In this document: positions 10,475 to 20,960 of the stretch, one piece after another | How positions within the stretch are numbered: the stretch's first letter is position 1 | How the letters are laid out: the number at the start of each line of letters is the position of its first letter | Source of the DNA: Candidatus Binatia bacterium | Lineage (GTDB): Bacteria; Desulfobacterota; Binatia; Bin18 | Direction of reading: 5' to 3' | Assembly (NCBI GenBank): GCA_963664395.2 | Contig: OY761159.2 | Location: 3,513,710-3,577,709 of the forward strand | Length of the DNA: 64,000 nucleotides | Notes under the pieces: model-generated | The model's input: only the letters and a program-made list of their open reading frames with translations | The model's database searches: none | What the model was told of the DNA's origin: nothing | Translations under genes and position numbers: made by a program

Positions 10475-13171
10475 GTGACACCATTACCTACACCCGTTTT
10501 TCTCGTTGATGGGCAGTCGTATATCTATCGTGCCTTTTATGCGGTCCGGGATCTGACCAACTCCCAGGGGTTTCCAACCAACGCCATCTTTGGCTTTGTG
10601 AACATGCTCCAGCGTATTCATGACGAGCATGCGCCAAGTCATCTCGGGATGGTTCTTGACTCACCGGGAAAGAATTTTCGCCATGATATCTATCCGGAGT
10701 ATAAGGCCAACCGGACCACAATGCCGGATGAGTTGCGGGTCCAGATCCCCCGCATAAAAGAGATTATCCAAGCCTATAATATTCCCATTCTTGAACTGGC
10801 AGGCTACGAGGCGGATGACATTATCGCCACGCTGGCTACGCGTTGGGAGCAGGCCGGGGTAGAGGTGGTCATTGTTTCCGGGGATAAAGACTTTATGCAG
10901 GTTGTCTCGGAGCGAGTGAGCATGCTCGACACCATGTGGGACAGGCGCATCGGCCCTGCCGAAGTGCACGCGAAATTCGGCGTCGAGCCGGGGCGCGTTG
11001 TCGAAGTGCAAGCGTTGATGGGCGACTCCACCGACAATATCCCCGGCATCCCCGGTATTGGTGAGAAGACCGCTATCAAGCTGATTACGCAGTGGCAGAA
11101 CTTGGACGGCGTCCTGAATAATGCGGCCGCTATCAAAGGCAAGCTTGGCGAGCGTATCCGGGAGAACGCCGGGTTGGCTCGCCTTTCGAAAACGCTGGCG
11201 ACCCTGAAACAGGATGTGCCGTTGACTCCGGCTCTTGAAGAACTTGCGCTGACAGCGCCAGACCAAGACCGTTTACGTGAGCTTTTTACCGAGTTTGAAT
11301 TCCGTCGCTTCCTGGCTGATTTGGACACGACCTGGGAGTTTTCCTTGGATGATGAGCGCACTGCACCCGCGGAACCACCCGGTGAATACGAACCCGTGCG
11401 CAGCGTGCGGCAGCTCGACTCTCTCATCACAAACATTCAGGCAGCCAAAACCTACTGTCTCGATACGGAAACGACGGCGCTTAACCCGCTTGATGCCCAA
11501 CTGGTCGGCGTTGCGCTGGCTATTGAAGAGCGGAAGGCGTGGTATATTCCGGTTGCGCACCGCTCAGACGATGCCGCCCCTCAAGTGCCACCAGAAAAGA
11601 CGCTTCACGCGCTCCGCACTCTTTTTGCTGATACCTCGCTGACACTCATTGGCCAGAATCTTAAATATGATCTCATGGTCCTAGCCAACTATGGGCTGCA
11701 ATCGCACAATCGTCTGGCTGACACCATGCTGGCCTCTTATCTATTAAACCCAGCCCACCGCCATAACCTGAACGCCCTCGCTCAAGAACATCTTCATTAC
11801 ACCATGCTCACATATGAGGCGGTGACCGATGGCGCAAAAAAGAACTTTGCTGAAGTGCCGGTCGAGGACGCCACTCGCTATGCCGGGGAAGACGCAGATA
11901 TTACCCTGCGTCTTGCGCACCGGTTGTTCCCCCGTGTCGGAGAAGAAGGCATGGACAGCCTGTTCGCCGATATTGAAGCACCGCTCGTTCAGGTGCTGGC
12001 ACAAATGGAACGGACCGGGATGCGGGTTGACCCCCAAGTGCTCGCAGGACTCTCTGACGAATTCGGGCAGCGGCGAGACCAGCTCGAAGCGGAAATCCAC
12101 GCCCTGGCCGGGGAGCCGTTTAATATCGCCTCCCCGAAGCAGCTCCAGGCCATCCTGTTCGATAAGCTCGGACTGCCGCATGGTAAAAAGACCAAGACGG
12201 GATTGTCGACCGATTCATCCGTACTTGAGCGTCTGGCTGAAGAATATCCTCTGCCGGAGAGGATATTAGTCTATCGGAGTTTTGCCAAACTCCAGAATAC
12301 GTATGTTGACTCTTTGCCCAAGCTTATCCGTGCAGATACAGGCCGAGTGCATACGTCGTTCAATCAGGCAGTGACGGCTACGGGTCGGCTGTCTTCCAGC
12401 AATCCGAATTTACAGAATATTCCCATCCGGACTGAAGAGGGGCGTCGCATCCGAACGGCCTTTGTGCCGGAACCGGGCTGGCGCCTCCTCTCGGCAGACT
12501 ACTCTCAGATTGAGTTGCGCCTCTTGGCCCATCTGAGTCAGGACCCCGTCCTGGTCGAATCCTTTCAAAAAGGTCAGGATGTCCATGCCCGAACCGCGGC
12601 AGAAATCTTTGCGACGTCCATACAGGATATTTCGAGTGACCAACGGCGTGAGGCCAAAACGATTAATTTCGGTCTGATCTACGGCATGGGAGCGAGGCGA
12701 CTGGCTCGCACTTTACGCATTCCATTCAAGACCGCCCAAGCGTATATTGACCAGTATTTCAGTCGCTACGCTGGGATCAGGACCTATATGGAAGGAACGC
12801 TGGTCAGCGCCAAAGAATGCGGCTATGTCACGACGCTCTTTGGCCGCCGTCGCTATGTGCCGGACCTTGGGAGTAAAAGCCCACAACTGGCCAGTGCTGC
12901 GGAGCGGATCGCGATCAACACCCCCATCCAGGGAACGGCGGCTGATCTGATTAAAGGCGCAATGGTCACCATTGCGCGACAGCTCAGCCAGGAGCGGTTG
13001 CAGACGCGCATGCTCCTCCAAGTCCACGACGAGTTATTATTTGAAGTGCCGGACACAGAGCTTGCGCGCATACAAGCCCTCGTCCGTGAGCGCATGGAAG
13101 GGGTGATGGCACTCACCGTTCCACTCTGCGTTGATATCGGAGTTGGCGGCAATTGGGCCGAAGCACACTGA
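10475..13171 (+). CDS. polA: DNA polymerase I
   Basis: 5' nuclease, 3'-5' exonuclease and polymerase domains are all present ('FLVDGQSYIYRAFYA', 'CLDTETTAL', 'RRAAKTINFGLIYG'-like 'REAKTINFGLIYGM', 'QVHDELLFEV'). The tracked ATG at 10403 lies inside the tRNA, so the in-frame GTG at 10475 is the likely start. Confidence 0.93.
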   Translation: MTPLPTPVFLVDGQSYIYRAFYAVRDLTNSQGFPTNAIFGFVNMLQRIHDEHAPSHLGMVLDSPGKNFRHDIYPEYKANRTTMPDELRVQIPRIKEIIQAYNIPILELAGYEADDIIATLATRWEQAGVEVVIVSGDKDFMQVVSERVSMLDTMWDRRIGPAEVHAKFGVEPGRVVEVQALMGDSTDNIPGIPGIGEKTAIKLITQWQNLDGVLNNAAAIKGKLGERIRENAGLARLSKTLATLKQDVPLTPALEELALTAPDQDRLRELFTEFEFRRFLADLDTTWEFSLDDERTAPAEPPGEYEPVRSVRQLDSLITNIQAAKTYCLDTETTALNPLDAQLVGVALAIEERKAWYIPVAHRSDDAAPQVPPEKTLHALRTLFADTSLTLIGQNLKYDLMVLANYGLQSHNRLADTMLASYLLNPAHRHNLNALAQEHLHYTMLTYEAVTDGAKKNFAEVPVEDATRYAGEDADITLRLAHRLFPRVGEEGMDSLFADIEAPLVQVLAQMERTGMRVDPQVLAGLSDEFGQRRDQLEAEIHALAGEPFNIASPKQLQAILFDKLGLPHGKKTKTGLSTDSSVLERLAEEYPLPERILVYRSFAKLQNTYVDSLPKLIRADTGRVHTSFNQAVTATGRLSSSNPNLQNIPIRTEEGRRIRTAFVPEPGWRLLSADYSQIELRLLAHLSQDPVLVESFQKGQDVHARTAAEIFATSIQDISSDQRREAKTINFGLIYGMGARRLARTLRIPFKTAQAYIDQYFSRYAGIRTYMEGTLVSAKECGYVTTLFGRRRYVPDLGSKSPQLASAAERIAINTPIQGTAADLIKGAMVTIARQLSQERLQTRMLLQVHDELLFEVPDTELARIQALVRERMEGVMALTVPLCVDIGVGGNWAEAH

Positions 13172-13190
13172 CACACAAGGAGGAAGCAGA

Positions 13191-14000
13191 ATGGCATACC
13201 GAGAAAACTACGAACATCTTATCATCGAGAAGAACGACGGGATTGCGCTCTTGACGATTAACCGGCCTGAGTCCCTCAACTCGACGAATTTCCGCCTGCA
13301 CTATGAACTGAGCAAGGTCTGGCTCGATATTGCAGACGACCCGGCAGTGCGGGTGGCGGTGATTACGGGCGCCGGGCGGGCGTTTTCGGCTGGCGGAGAC
13401 TTTGACGTTGTTGAGAGATCAATAGATAACCTCGACGTGGTAGCCCAGACTATGAAAGAAGCCCGGGACATCGTCCACAATATGATCAACTGCGATAAAC
13501 CTATTATCTCGGCGATTAACGGCGTTGCGGTCGGGGCAGGGCTGGCGGTCGCCCTGCTGGCCGATATCAGCATTGCCTCGGAGAAGGCGCGTTTCACTGA
13601 CGGGCATACCCGGCTCGGGGTTGCCGCCGGAGACCACGCCGCGATTATCTGGCCCCTCCTGGTCGGCATGGCCAAGGCCAAATACTACCTGCTGACGTGT
13701 GACATGCTGGACGCCAAAGAAGCTGAGCGGATTGGTTTAGTCAGCATGGTTGTTCCACCGGACGAACTCATGCCTAAAGCGATGGAAGTGGCGAACAAAT
13801 TGGCGACGGGCGCACAGCAAGCTATTCGTTGGACCAAGCAGTCGCTCAACCAGTGGCTTCGTGCGGCAGCGCATACGTCGTTCGATTACTCGCTCGCCCT
13901 GGAGATGTTGGGCTTCTTTGGCAAAGACGTGGGCGAGGGGCTGAGTGCGGTGAAAGAACGTCGCCCCCCGGTTTTTCCATCCGCGCAAGATAACACATGA
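13191..14000 (+). CDS. Enoyl-CoA hydratase/isomerase (crotonase) family protein
   Basis: The ATG at 13191 follows aggagg. The product contains '[14 protein letters not shown]...[16 protein letters not shown]...[21 protein letters not shown]'. Confidence 0.85.
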   Translation: MAYRENYEHLIIEKNDGIALLTINRPESLNSTNFRLHYELSKVWLDIADDPAVRVAVITGAGRAFSAGGDFDVVERSIDNLDVVAQTMKEARDIVHNMINCDKPIISAINGVAVGAGLAVALLADISIASEKARFTDGHTRLGVAAGDHAAIIWPLLVGMAKAKYYLLTCDMLDAKEAERIGLVSMVVPPDELMPKAMEVANKLATGAQQAIRWTKQSLNQWLRAAAHTSFDYSLALEMLGFFGKDVGEGLSAVKERRPPVFPSAQDNT

Positions 14001-14266
14001 CAACTCCGGAACGCATCGAGCACACGCTCCGACACGCGCTGTCCGCAACCGAGGTGCAGGTCGAAGACGAGAGTGCCCTGCACGCGGGTCATGCCGGAGC
14101 TGCGTCCGGCGGCGGGCACTACCGGGTCACCGTGGTGTCTCCACTGTTTGCCGGCAAGAACCCCGTCCAGCGCCACCGTTTAGTCTACGCTGCGTTGGCG
14201 GAAGAAATGCAGCAGGCGATCCACGCCCTGGCGCTGACAACCCTCACGCCCTCCGAACGCACATAG
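13997..14266 (+). CDS. BolA-family protein
   Basis: 89 aa with 'VEDESALHAGHAGA...HYRVTVVSPLFAGKNPVQRHRLVY'. Confidence 0.8.
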   Translation: MTTPERIEHTLRHALSATEVQVEDESALHAGHAGAASGGGHYRVTVVSPLFAGKNPVQRHRLVYAALAEEMQQAIHALALTTLTPSERT

Positions 14267-14300
14267 ACGCAGAGCCACCCCGTCCGGGTGGCTCTGCGTC
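14267..14300. terminator. Perfect 15-bp hairpin between convergent genes (terminator-like, no clear U tract)
   Basis: gacgcagagccaccc-cgtcc-gggtggctctgcgtc, located between the bolA stop and the epimerase stop. Confidence 0.5.
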
Positions 14301-14305
14301 TGTCC

Positions 14306-15313
14306 TTAGACTTTGTAATACGTCCGGTACCATTCCACAAAGCGGGGAATGCCTTCCTCAATCGGCGTGGCCGGGCGAAAGCCCACGGCCTGCATGAGGT
14401 CCTCAACATCGGCGCACGTTGCCGGGACATCTCCAGCCTGCATGGGGAGGAGCCGTTTTTCGGCTTTCCGCCCGAGGGTTTTTTCCAGCACCTCAATAAA
14501 ATACAGCAGCTCAACCGGACTATGATTGCCGATATTATAGACGCGGTAGGGAGCCGTACTCGTTCCGGGGTCCGGTTTCATGCCTGACCACTGTGGATTG
14601 GGTTGCGCGATACGGTCATGAACGCGCACGACCCCCTCAACAATATCGTCAATATAGGTAAAGGCACGCCGCATCCTGCCATGATTAAACACCTCAATCG
14701 GTTCACCGGACAGAATAGCTTTGGTGAAGAGAAACAAGGCCATATCCGGCCTGCCCCAAGGGCCATAGACGGTGAAAAATCGCAGCCCCGTCGTCGGGAG
14801 AGCATGGACATGGCTATACGTATGGGCCATAAGCTCATTTGCCTTTTTTGAGGCCGCATATAAAGAAATCGGATGATCAACATTGTCATGGACAGAGAAG
14901 GGCATATGCGTATTCGCGCCATACACCGAGCTGCTCGACGCATACGTCAGATGCTGCACGTTGGTATGCCGACAGCCCTCAAGAATGTTCATGAACCCGA
15001 TGAGATTGCTATCGATGTAGGCATGCGGGTTGGTGAGTGGGTAGCGTACCCCGGCCTGGGCCGCCAGATGGATAACCCGCTCGGGCGTATGCCGGACGAA
15101 TAGGTCTTCCATGCCTGGTCGGTTAGCCAGGTCGAGACGCACAAATGCAAACTGTTCGGAATCGTTGAGCTGGGCTAAGCGGGCTTCTTTCAGACGCACA
15201 TCATAATAGGTATTCAGGTTGTCGAGTCCGACGACGGTATCGCCTCGTTTGAGTAGATACCTGCTGACATGAAAGCCAATAAACCCGCCCACGCCGGTCA
15301 CGAGTACCTTCAT
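14306..15313 (-). CDS. NAD-dependent epimerase/dehydratase (UDP-glucuronate 4-epimerase-like)
   Basis: 335 aa with '[16 protein letters not shown]...[18 protein letters not shown]...[15 protein letters not shown]'. Confidence 0.85.
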   Translation of the reverse strand: MKVLVTGVGGFIGFHVSRYLLKRGDTVVGLDNLNTYYDVRLKEARLAQLNDSEQFAFVRLDLANRPGMEDLFVRHTPERVIHLAAQAGVRYPLTNPHAYIDSNLIGFMNILEGCRHTNVQHLTYASSSSVYGANTHMPFSVHDNVDHPISLYAASKKANELMAHTYSHVHALPTTGLRFFTVYGPWGRPDMALFLFTKAILSGEPIEVFNHGRMRRAFTYIDDIVEGVVRVHDRIAQPNPQWSGMKPDPGTSTAPYRVYNIGNHSPVELLYFIEVLEKTLGRKAEKRLLPMQAGDVPATCADVEDLMQAVGFRPATPIEEGIPRFVEWYRTYYKV

Positions 15314-15969
15314 GCTGAATTTCCTTGGCGCCGTATAGGGCTATCCTTTTGCGGCAGGGTCGAAGGCTGCGTGGCGGCGTGCTGCGCAGGGTCCGCAGAC
15401 GTGCCGGGTACGGTCCGGTATTTGCCCAGGATATGGCGCGCCACTGTGACATGATAGGCAAGGCCCGACCACACGCCGACGACAAGGGCAATCCACAAAA
15501 AATACATACCCACCAGATGAAAATCGATGAAGCCGTACTGATAGTGAATAATCAATCCGTGCAGGGCACACATTTGGAAGAGGGTCTTATATTTGCCAAG
15601 TTGGTCAGCGGGTACTAGCAGGCCCTCTCCGGCGGCGATACTCCGCAACCCCGTCACCGCCATTTCCCGCCCGAGTATGACAACGACCATCCAGACCGGC
15701 AGGCGGGGAAAACGGTCGCTTGCCGCCAGCATAATCAGGGCTGCCATAACAAGCAGCTTATCGGCCAGAGGGTCGAGAAACGTGCCGAGGAGCGTCGTGT
15801 AGCCGTGCTTGCGGGCGAGATAGCCATCGAAATAATCAGTCAGACAGGCAATGAAAAAAATACCGGCCGCCATCAGGCTCGATACCGGGTCCGTATCAGC
15901 CAGGCAATAGACAAGAAAAGGAATGAGCGCAATGCGTAAGAGGCTCAAAAGATTTGGGAGAGCTGACAT
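15310..15969 (-). CDS. pgsA: CDP-diacylglycerol--glycerol-3-phosphate 3-phosphatidyltransferase (CDP-alcohol phosphatidyltransferase family)
   Basis: 219 aa, multi-TM, with the motif '[28 protein letters not shown]'. Confidence 0.85.
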   Translation of the reverse strand: MSALPNLLSLLRIALIPFLVYCLADTDPVSSLMAAGIFFIACLTDYFDGYLARKHGYTTLLGTFLDPLADKLLVMAALIMLAASDRFPRLPVWMVVVILGREMAVTGLRSIAAGEGLLVPADQLGKYKTLFQMCALHGLIIHYQYGFIDFHLVGMYFLWIALVVGVWSGLAYHVTVARHILGKYRTVPGTSADPAQHAATQPSTLPQKDSPIRRQGNSA

Positions 15970-16017
15970 GCTGAGTTCCGGTCGTTCATAGCCCAGGTGT
16001 TAGCGAGATGATAGCCT

Positions 16018-16047
16018 ACGATAAAAGATTTCTTGGGGAAGGGTCAA
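16018..16047 (-). promoter_or_regulatory. Candidate sigma70 promoter for pgsA
   Basis: The minus strand reads TTGACC-N18-TATCGT about 50 nt upstream of the pgsA ATG. Confidence 0.3.
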
Positions 16048-16189
16048 ACGCCGGTCCCCTTGCCAGTCCAAATCATGCCGGCCCAGCTTGACGTGGATAC
16101 GCGGGCGTGCCAGCCGGCGCAAAGAGGGCCCCTGCCTGCCACGGTTGACTATCCTGACACGGATGAGGCCCACTGGCAGCGAGATACGG

Positions 16190-17698
16190 TCATTGCCGCT
16201 CTCCAAACAGCTCTCCAAACAGCGACAGCTGACTCCCCTTCGGACGGCTGCCTAAAGCCAGAGGATAGCGGCCGGTAAAGCAGGCGGCGCAGAAATCGCT
16301 GCCGGGTGCTTGGAGTCCGGCGTACATGCCGGCTTCACTCAGATAGGCGAGACTATCGGCCGTGACGTAGCGTCTGATTTCTTCGACTGAATGGGATGCC
16401 GCGATCAGCTCACTCCGGGTTGGCGTATCCACCCCGTAAAAGCATGGAGAAATAGTCGGCGGCGCACTGATGCGGACATGGATTTCGCGGGCGCCGGCCG
16501 CACGAATCATTTTAACAATTTTCCGGCTCGTCGTCCCGCGGACAAGGGAATCGTCTACCACGATGACCCGTTTGCCACGCAGAATCTCGGCCTGGGCATT
16601 GAGCTTGACCTTCACCCCAAAATGGCGGATGGACGATTGGGGTTCAATGAAAGTCCGACCCACATAGTGATTGCGGATCAGGCCCATTTCAAACGGCAGC
16701 CGGGCTTCTTTTGCATAGCCCAAGGCGGCCGGCACCCCGGAGTCCGGAACGGGAATGACGACATCCGCCTCGACCGGAGCCTCTTGCGCCAATTGACGCC
16801 CAAACGCTTTCCGTGCGAGGTAGACATTCTGCCCGAACATGGTGCTGTCCGGTCGCGCAAAATACACATGCTCGAAAATACACTGGGCGGACGGCGCCTG
16901 CGGGAACGGAGTGTAGGATGTCATGCCCTGGGCATTAAAGAGGAGGACTTCTCCGGCCCGGACTTCCCGCTCATATGTCGCCCCAATGAGGTCCAGGGCA
17001 CAGGTTTCGGATGTGACCACATAGCCCAGATGGCCCGCGTGTTTGACGCGACCCAGCACCAGCGGACGAAAGCCGTAGGGGTCACGCGCCGCCACCATAT
17101 GATCTTCGCTCAAGAAGACCAGCGAGTACGCCCCCCGCACTTGGGATAAGGCATCGATAATCCGGTCAATCGGGGGGGTGGCTTGTGAGGCGGCAATGAG
17201 ATGCAGGATGACTTCGGTATCGACCGTAGACTGGAAAATCGAGCCGCCCGCTTCAAGCTGGGCGCGCAGTTCTTCGGCGTTGACCAGGTTGCCGTTATGC
17301 GCAATCGCCACCGAGCCATGCGTATACTTGGCCAGCAGGGGCTGCGTGTTTTTGAGCATCGTCGAGCCGGTGGTGGAATAGCGATTATGGCCAATGGCGC
17401 TTGCCCCTTCCAGGCGACGAATCAACTTTTCGTCAAAAATATCGGCCACCAGGCCCATGCCTTTATGCGTCAGCAGGGCCTGGCCGTTTGAAGAGGTAAT
17501 GCCGGCAGACTCCTGGCCCCGATGTTGCAAAGCATACAAGGCCAGATAGGCCAGATTGGCCGCTTCCGGATGGCCATAGACGCCCACGACTCCGCACTCT
17601 TCATGGAAACCATCGAACTGAGTGAACGTGCCCTCAACAGACGTACGGCTGTCGGCGCGTTTATTCATTTTCACCACCTCGGCTGTGTCGTGCGCCAC
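16190..17698 (-). CDS. purF: Amidophosphoribosyltransferase
   Basis: Contains '[10 protein letters not shown]', '[10 protein letters not shown]' and PRPP-binding '[13 protein letters not shown]'. The start is either 17698 or, more likely, the ATG at 17668 (MNKRADS...). Confidence 0.93.
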   Translation of the reverse strand: MAHDTAEVVKMNKRADSRTSVEGTFTQFDGFHEECGVVGVYGHPEAANLAYLALYALQHRGQESAGITSSNGQALLTHKGMGLVADIFDEKLIRRLEGASAIGHNRYSTTGSTMLKNTQPLLAKYTHGSVAIAHNGNLVNAEELRAQLEAGGSIFQSTVDTEVILHLIAASQATPPIDRIIDALSQVRGAYSLVFLSEDHMVAARDPYGFRPLVLGRVKHAGHLGYVVTSETCALDLIGATYEREVRAGEVLLFNAQGMTSYTPFPQAPSAQCIFEHVYFARPDSTMFGQNVYLARKAFGRQLAQEAPVEADVVIPVPDSGVPAALGYAKEARLPFEMGLIRNHYVGRTFIEPQSSIRHFGVKVKLNAQAEILRGKRVIVVDDSLVRGTTSRKIVKMIRAAGAREIHVRISAPPTISPCFYGVDTPTRSELIAASHSVEEIRRYVTADSLAYLSEAGMYAGLQAPGSDFCAACFTGRYPLALGSRPKGSQLSLFGELFGERQ

Positions 17699-17766
17699 GC
17701 TGTCCCTCCCCGCTTATGCATGAGTAAACGTGCCATCAACCATACGGCTGTCGGCGCGTTTATTCA
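17620..17766. repeat. Direct duplication of the purF 5' coding segment (about 45-48 nt copies at 17620-17667 and 17722-17766)
   Basis: The copies read gagtgaacgtgccctcaacagacgtacggctgtcggcgcgtttattca and gagtaaacgtgccatcaaccatacggctgtcggcgcgtttattca. The second copy contains the purL stop codon. Confidence 0.85.
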
Positions 17767-19979
17767 GTTGTCAGTTTTTGGGCAAGAGCCGTTTGCCACT
17801 GCTGGCGTAACGCTGTTGTTGAGATTTTCATATAGCCCGAAATTTCGAGCTGTGTGTCGGCAACTTCACCGAGGACGGAAAAGGGTAAGTGACTCGCCCG
17901 GAGGAGCGCTTCGAGTCGATCCCAGTCAGCCGGTTGGACCGAAACAATAGCGCGCGATTGGCTCTCTCCAAAGAGTAAGGCGTCAGGACGTATATCGCCT
18001 GTCAGCCTCACACGCGCTCCAAGAGTCCGGGCGGGATTGCTGATGCAGGCTTCCGCCAGGGCCACTGCCAAGCCGCCTTCCGCAACATCATGGGCAGAGG
18101 CAAAGAGCCCTTCTTGGGCGGCCTGCACACACACCTGCTGGAGGAGCCGTTCCCGTTCCAGGTCAAGCTGGGGGGGCCGGCCACATTCCTGCTTATGGAT
18201 CGTGGCCAGATATTCACTCGCGCCAAGTTCTTCGTGGGTCTCTCCCAATAAGACGATGAGATCGCCCGCGTGCTTAAACCACTGGGTGACATGCTGCGTA
18301 ACATTGTCCACAATCCCGACCATAGCAACCGTCGGGGTCGGAGGAATCGCCTGACCATCGGTTTCATTATAGAAGCTAACGTTGCCGCTGACTACCGCCA
18401 CCTCCAGCGCCTCGCAGGCCGCCCGCAGGCCGTCAATTGCCTGGGTAAACTGCCACATCACCTCGGGCTTCTCGGGGTTGCCGAAGTTGAGGCAATCGGA
18501 CAGGGCAACCGGCCTGGCCCCGCTGACGGCGAGATTGCGCGCACTCTCGGCGACGGCAATCGCCGCTCCTCGATAGGGGTCAAGCGCGCAGTAGCGGCTA
18601 TTGCAATCGACACTGATGCCCAGGCCCTTATCCGATTCTTTCAGCCGAATGATGGCTGCATCCGAGCCGGGCTGCACAACCGTATTTCCGCCAACGAGGA
18701 AATCGTACTGCCGATAGACCCACTCCTTACTGGCAAGATTCGGCGTGGTGAGGAGTGCGGTCAGGACTGCGGCATAGTCGGTGGGCAGCGGCAGGGTGTC
18801 GAGGTCGAGCTGTTGTTTCGACGTCAGGTCGGCCGGTCTGGCCGCCGGGCGTTCGTAGGCCGGTGCCTGTGAGGTCAAGGCCGAGACCGGAATGCGGACG
18901 ACTTCCTCTCCCTGCCACGTGGTGCGGAAGAGGCCGTCAGCCGTGACTTCACCAATGACGACGGCCTGGAGGTCCCAGGTGGCAAACACGTCTTTGACCG
19001 CCTCTTCACAGCCTTCCTTGGCGACAATCAGCATGCGTTCCTGGGACTCGGACAGCAGCAGCTCGTAGGGAGTAATGCCCGCTTCGCGGGTGGGGACGGT
19101 GTCAAGATCGAGGACGATGCCGACTTTGCCCCGGTCGGCCATTTCAACCGAAGAACTGGTCAGGCCGGCGGCTCCCATGTCCTGAATACCGATAATCAGG
19201 TCCTGTTGCATGAGGGCCAGGCAGGCTTCGATCAGTACATTCTCGGTGAACGGGTCGCCCACCTGAACGGCCGGGCGGAGCGCTTCGGACTTGTCATCAA
19301 ATTCCCGTGAGGCCAGCAGGCTCGCGCCGTGAATCCCGTCTCGGCCGGTGCGGGAACCCACATAGATGACCGGATTGCCCACCCCCGCGGCGGTCGCCCG
19401 AAAAATCCGATCGGTCGGCGCGATACCCAAGGTAAAGGCATTGACGAGGATATTGCCATTATAGCCAGGGTTGAAATAGACCTCACCACCGACGGTGGGC
19501 ACGCCGACACTGTTCCCGTAGCCGCCAATACCGGACACCACACCGGCGATCAGGTGGGGCGTGCGGGGATGATCAACCGTCCCAAAGCGGAGCGAGTTCA
19601 GCGAGGCAACCGGGCGGGCGCCCATCGTAAAGACATCGCGTAAGATACCGCCCACGCCGGTTGCGGCCCCGTGATACGGCTCGATAAAAGACGGATGGTT
19701 ATGGCTTTCGATCTTGAAGACCGCGGCCAGCCCGTCGCCAATATCGACGATGCCGGCATTCTCACCCGGCCCCTGCAGGATGGCCGGTCCGGTGGTCGGC
19801 AGCCGCCCCAGAAAGCGCCGGGAACTTTTATAGCTACAGTGCTCCGACCACATCACGGAGAACACGCCCAGCTCTTCGAAGGTCGGCGTGCGCCCCAGGG
19901 TCTGGACGATGCGGTCGTATTCGTCGCTTGACAGACCGTGGTCGTGAGCGAGTTGCAGATCAACCGGTATGGATGCCAT
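17760..19979 (-). CDS. purL: Phosphoribosylformylglycinamidine synthase subunit PurL
   Basis: Contains '[18 protein letters not shown]' and '[26 protein letters not shown]'. The likely start is the ATG at 19979 (MASIPVDL...), just after the purQ stop. Confidence 0.93.
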   Translation of the reverse strand: MASIPVDLQLAHDHGLSSDEYDRIVQTLGRTPTFEELGVFSVMWSEHCSYKSSRRFLGRLPTTGPAILQGPGENAGIVDIGDGLAAVFKIESHNHPSFIEPYHGAATGVGGILRDVFTMGARPVASLNSLRFGTVDHPRTPHLIAGVVSGIGGYGNSVGVPTVGGEVYFNPGYNGNILVNAFTLGIAPTDRIFRATAAGVGNPVIYVGSRTGRDGIHGASLLASREFDDKSEALRPAVQVGDPFTENVLIEACLALMQQDLIIGIQDMGAAGLTSSSVEMADRGKVGIVLDLDTVPTREAGITPYELLLSESQERMLIVAKEGCEEAVKDVFATWDLQAVVIGEVTADGLFRTTWQGEEVVRIPVSALTSQAPAYERPAARPADLTSKQQLDLDTLPLPTDYAAVLTALLTTPNLASKEWVYRQYDFLVGGNTVVQPGSDAAIIRLKESDKGLGISVDCNSRYCALDPYRGAAIAVAESARNLAVSGARPVALSDCLNFGNPEKPEVMWQFTQAIDGLRAACEALEVAVVSGNVSFYNETDGQAIPPTPTVAMVGIVDNVTQHVTQWFKHAGDLIVLLGETHEELGASEYLATIHKQECGRPPQLDLERERLLQQVCVQAAQEGLFASAHDVAEGGLAVALAEACISNPARTLGARVRLTGDIRPDALLFGESQSRAIVSVQPADWDRLEALLRASHLPFSVLGEVADTQLEISGYMKISTTALRQQWQTALAQKLTTE

Positions 19980-19983
19980 AGGG

Positions 19984-20664
19984 CTACGCAAAGGCTGAGG
20001 TAAAGAGTTTACGCCCGTCTTCGCCCCCCAGCAGGGCTTCAACCGCATGTTCGGGATGGGGCATGAGTCCGACCACGTTCCCGTTCGCGTTAGTCACGCC
20101 GGCGATATTCTGCACGGCCCCATTCGGGTTGGCCGAGTCCAGCGCTTCGCCGGCCTGGTTCACATAGCGGAAGACGATTTGATCGTTGTCGTGCAGCGCC
20201 TTGAGGGTCGCCTCGTCCGCCACATAGCAGCCTTCGCCGTGTTTAATCGGCAGGGACAGACACTCGCCCGCCGAATACTGGGCCGTAAAACGGGTCCGCG
20301 TCGTTTCCACCCGTATGGAGACCCACTCGCAGATAAACGCCAGCGAGCGGTTGCGGACCAGCGCTCCCGGCAGGAGCCCGCTCTCACACAGAATCTGAAA
20401 CCCGTTGCACATGCCCAGCACCGGACCGCCGGCTCGGGCAAACGCAAGCACGCTGGACATGACGGGCGAAAAGCGGGCGACCGCCCCACAGCGTAAATAG
20501 TCGCCATAGGAAAACCCGCCCGGCAGCACAATCGCTTCGACGCCGAGCAGGTCCTGGTCTTTATGCCAGAGCGCGACCGCTTCCTGCCCGAGCACGGCTT
20601 CGAGGCAGTATCGCGCGTCCCGATCGTCGTTTGAGCCTGGGAAGGTGACTACGCCCCACTTCAC
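19984..20664 (-). CDS. purQ: Phosphoribosylformylglycinamidine synthase, glutaminase subunit PurQ
   Basis: 226 aa with '[12 protein letters not shown]', 'GMCNGFQIL' and 'MPHPEHA'. Confidence 0.93.
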   Translation of the reverse strand: MKWGVVTFPGSNDDRDARYCLEAVLGQEAVALWHKDQDLLGVEAIVLPGGFSYGDYLRCGAVARFSPVMSSVLAFARAGGPVLGMCNGFQILCESGLLPGALVRNRSLAFICEWVSIRVETTRTRFTAQYSAGECLSLPIKHGEGCYVADEATLKALHDNDQIVFRYVNQAGEALDSANPNGAVQNIAGVTNANGNVVGLMPHPEHAVEALLGGEDGRKLFTSAFA

Positions 20665-20670
20665 TTTGTG

Positions 20671-20916
20671 TTACTCCTCGATAATCTCAAAGCGAAAATC
20701 TTCAATGATGAGGTTGGCCAATAAACGCCGGCACATCTCTTCGACGCGCTGCTCGGCCTGCTGTTTGGAGAGACCCGTCAGCCGGACCTCCAGATACTTG
20801 CCCATGCGAACCTCGCTGACTTCCGCATAGTCGAGGGCGTGCAGGGAGTGCGCAATGGCCTTTCCCTGGGGATCGAGAATCGCTTTTTTAGGCGTAACGT
20901 ATACTTTCGCCAGCAT
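20671..20916 (-). CDS. purS: Phosphoribosylformylglycinamidine synthase subunit PurS
   Basis: 81 aa with 'VYVTPKKAILDPQGKAIAHSL'. It sits in the purS-purQ-purL order. Confidence 0.9.
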   Translation of the reverse strand: MLAKVYVTPKKAILDPQGKAIAHSLHALDYAEVSEVRMGKYLEVRLTGLSKQQAEQRVEEMCRRLLANLIIEDFRFEIIEE

Positions 20917-20920
20917 TACT

Positions 20921-20960
20921 CCGCCTCATGCCGCCTCATGCCGCCTCATGCCGCCTCATG
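20921..20960. repeat. 10-nt tandem repeat x4 (ccgcctcatg; CATGAGGCGG on the coding strand) filling the purB-purS junction
   Basis: Direct reading of the sequence. The purB TGA stop lies in the first unit on the coding strand. Confidence 0.95.
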
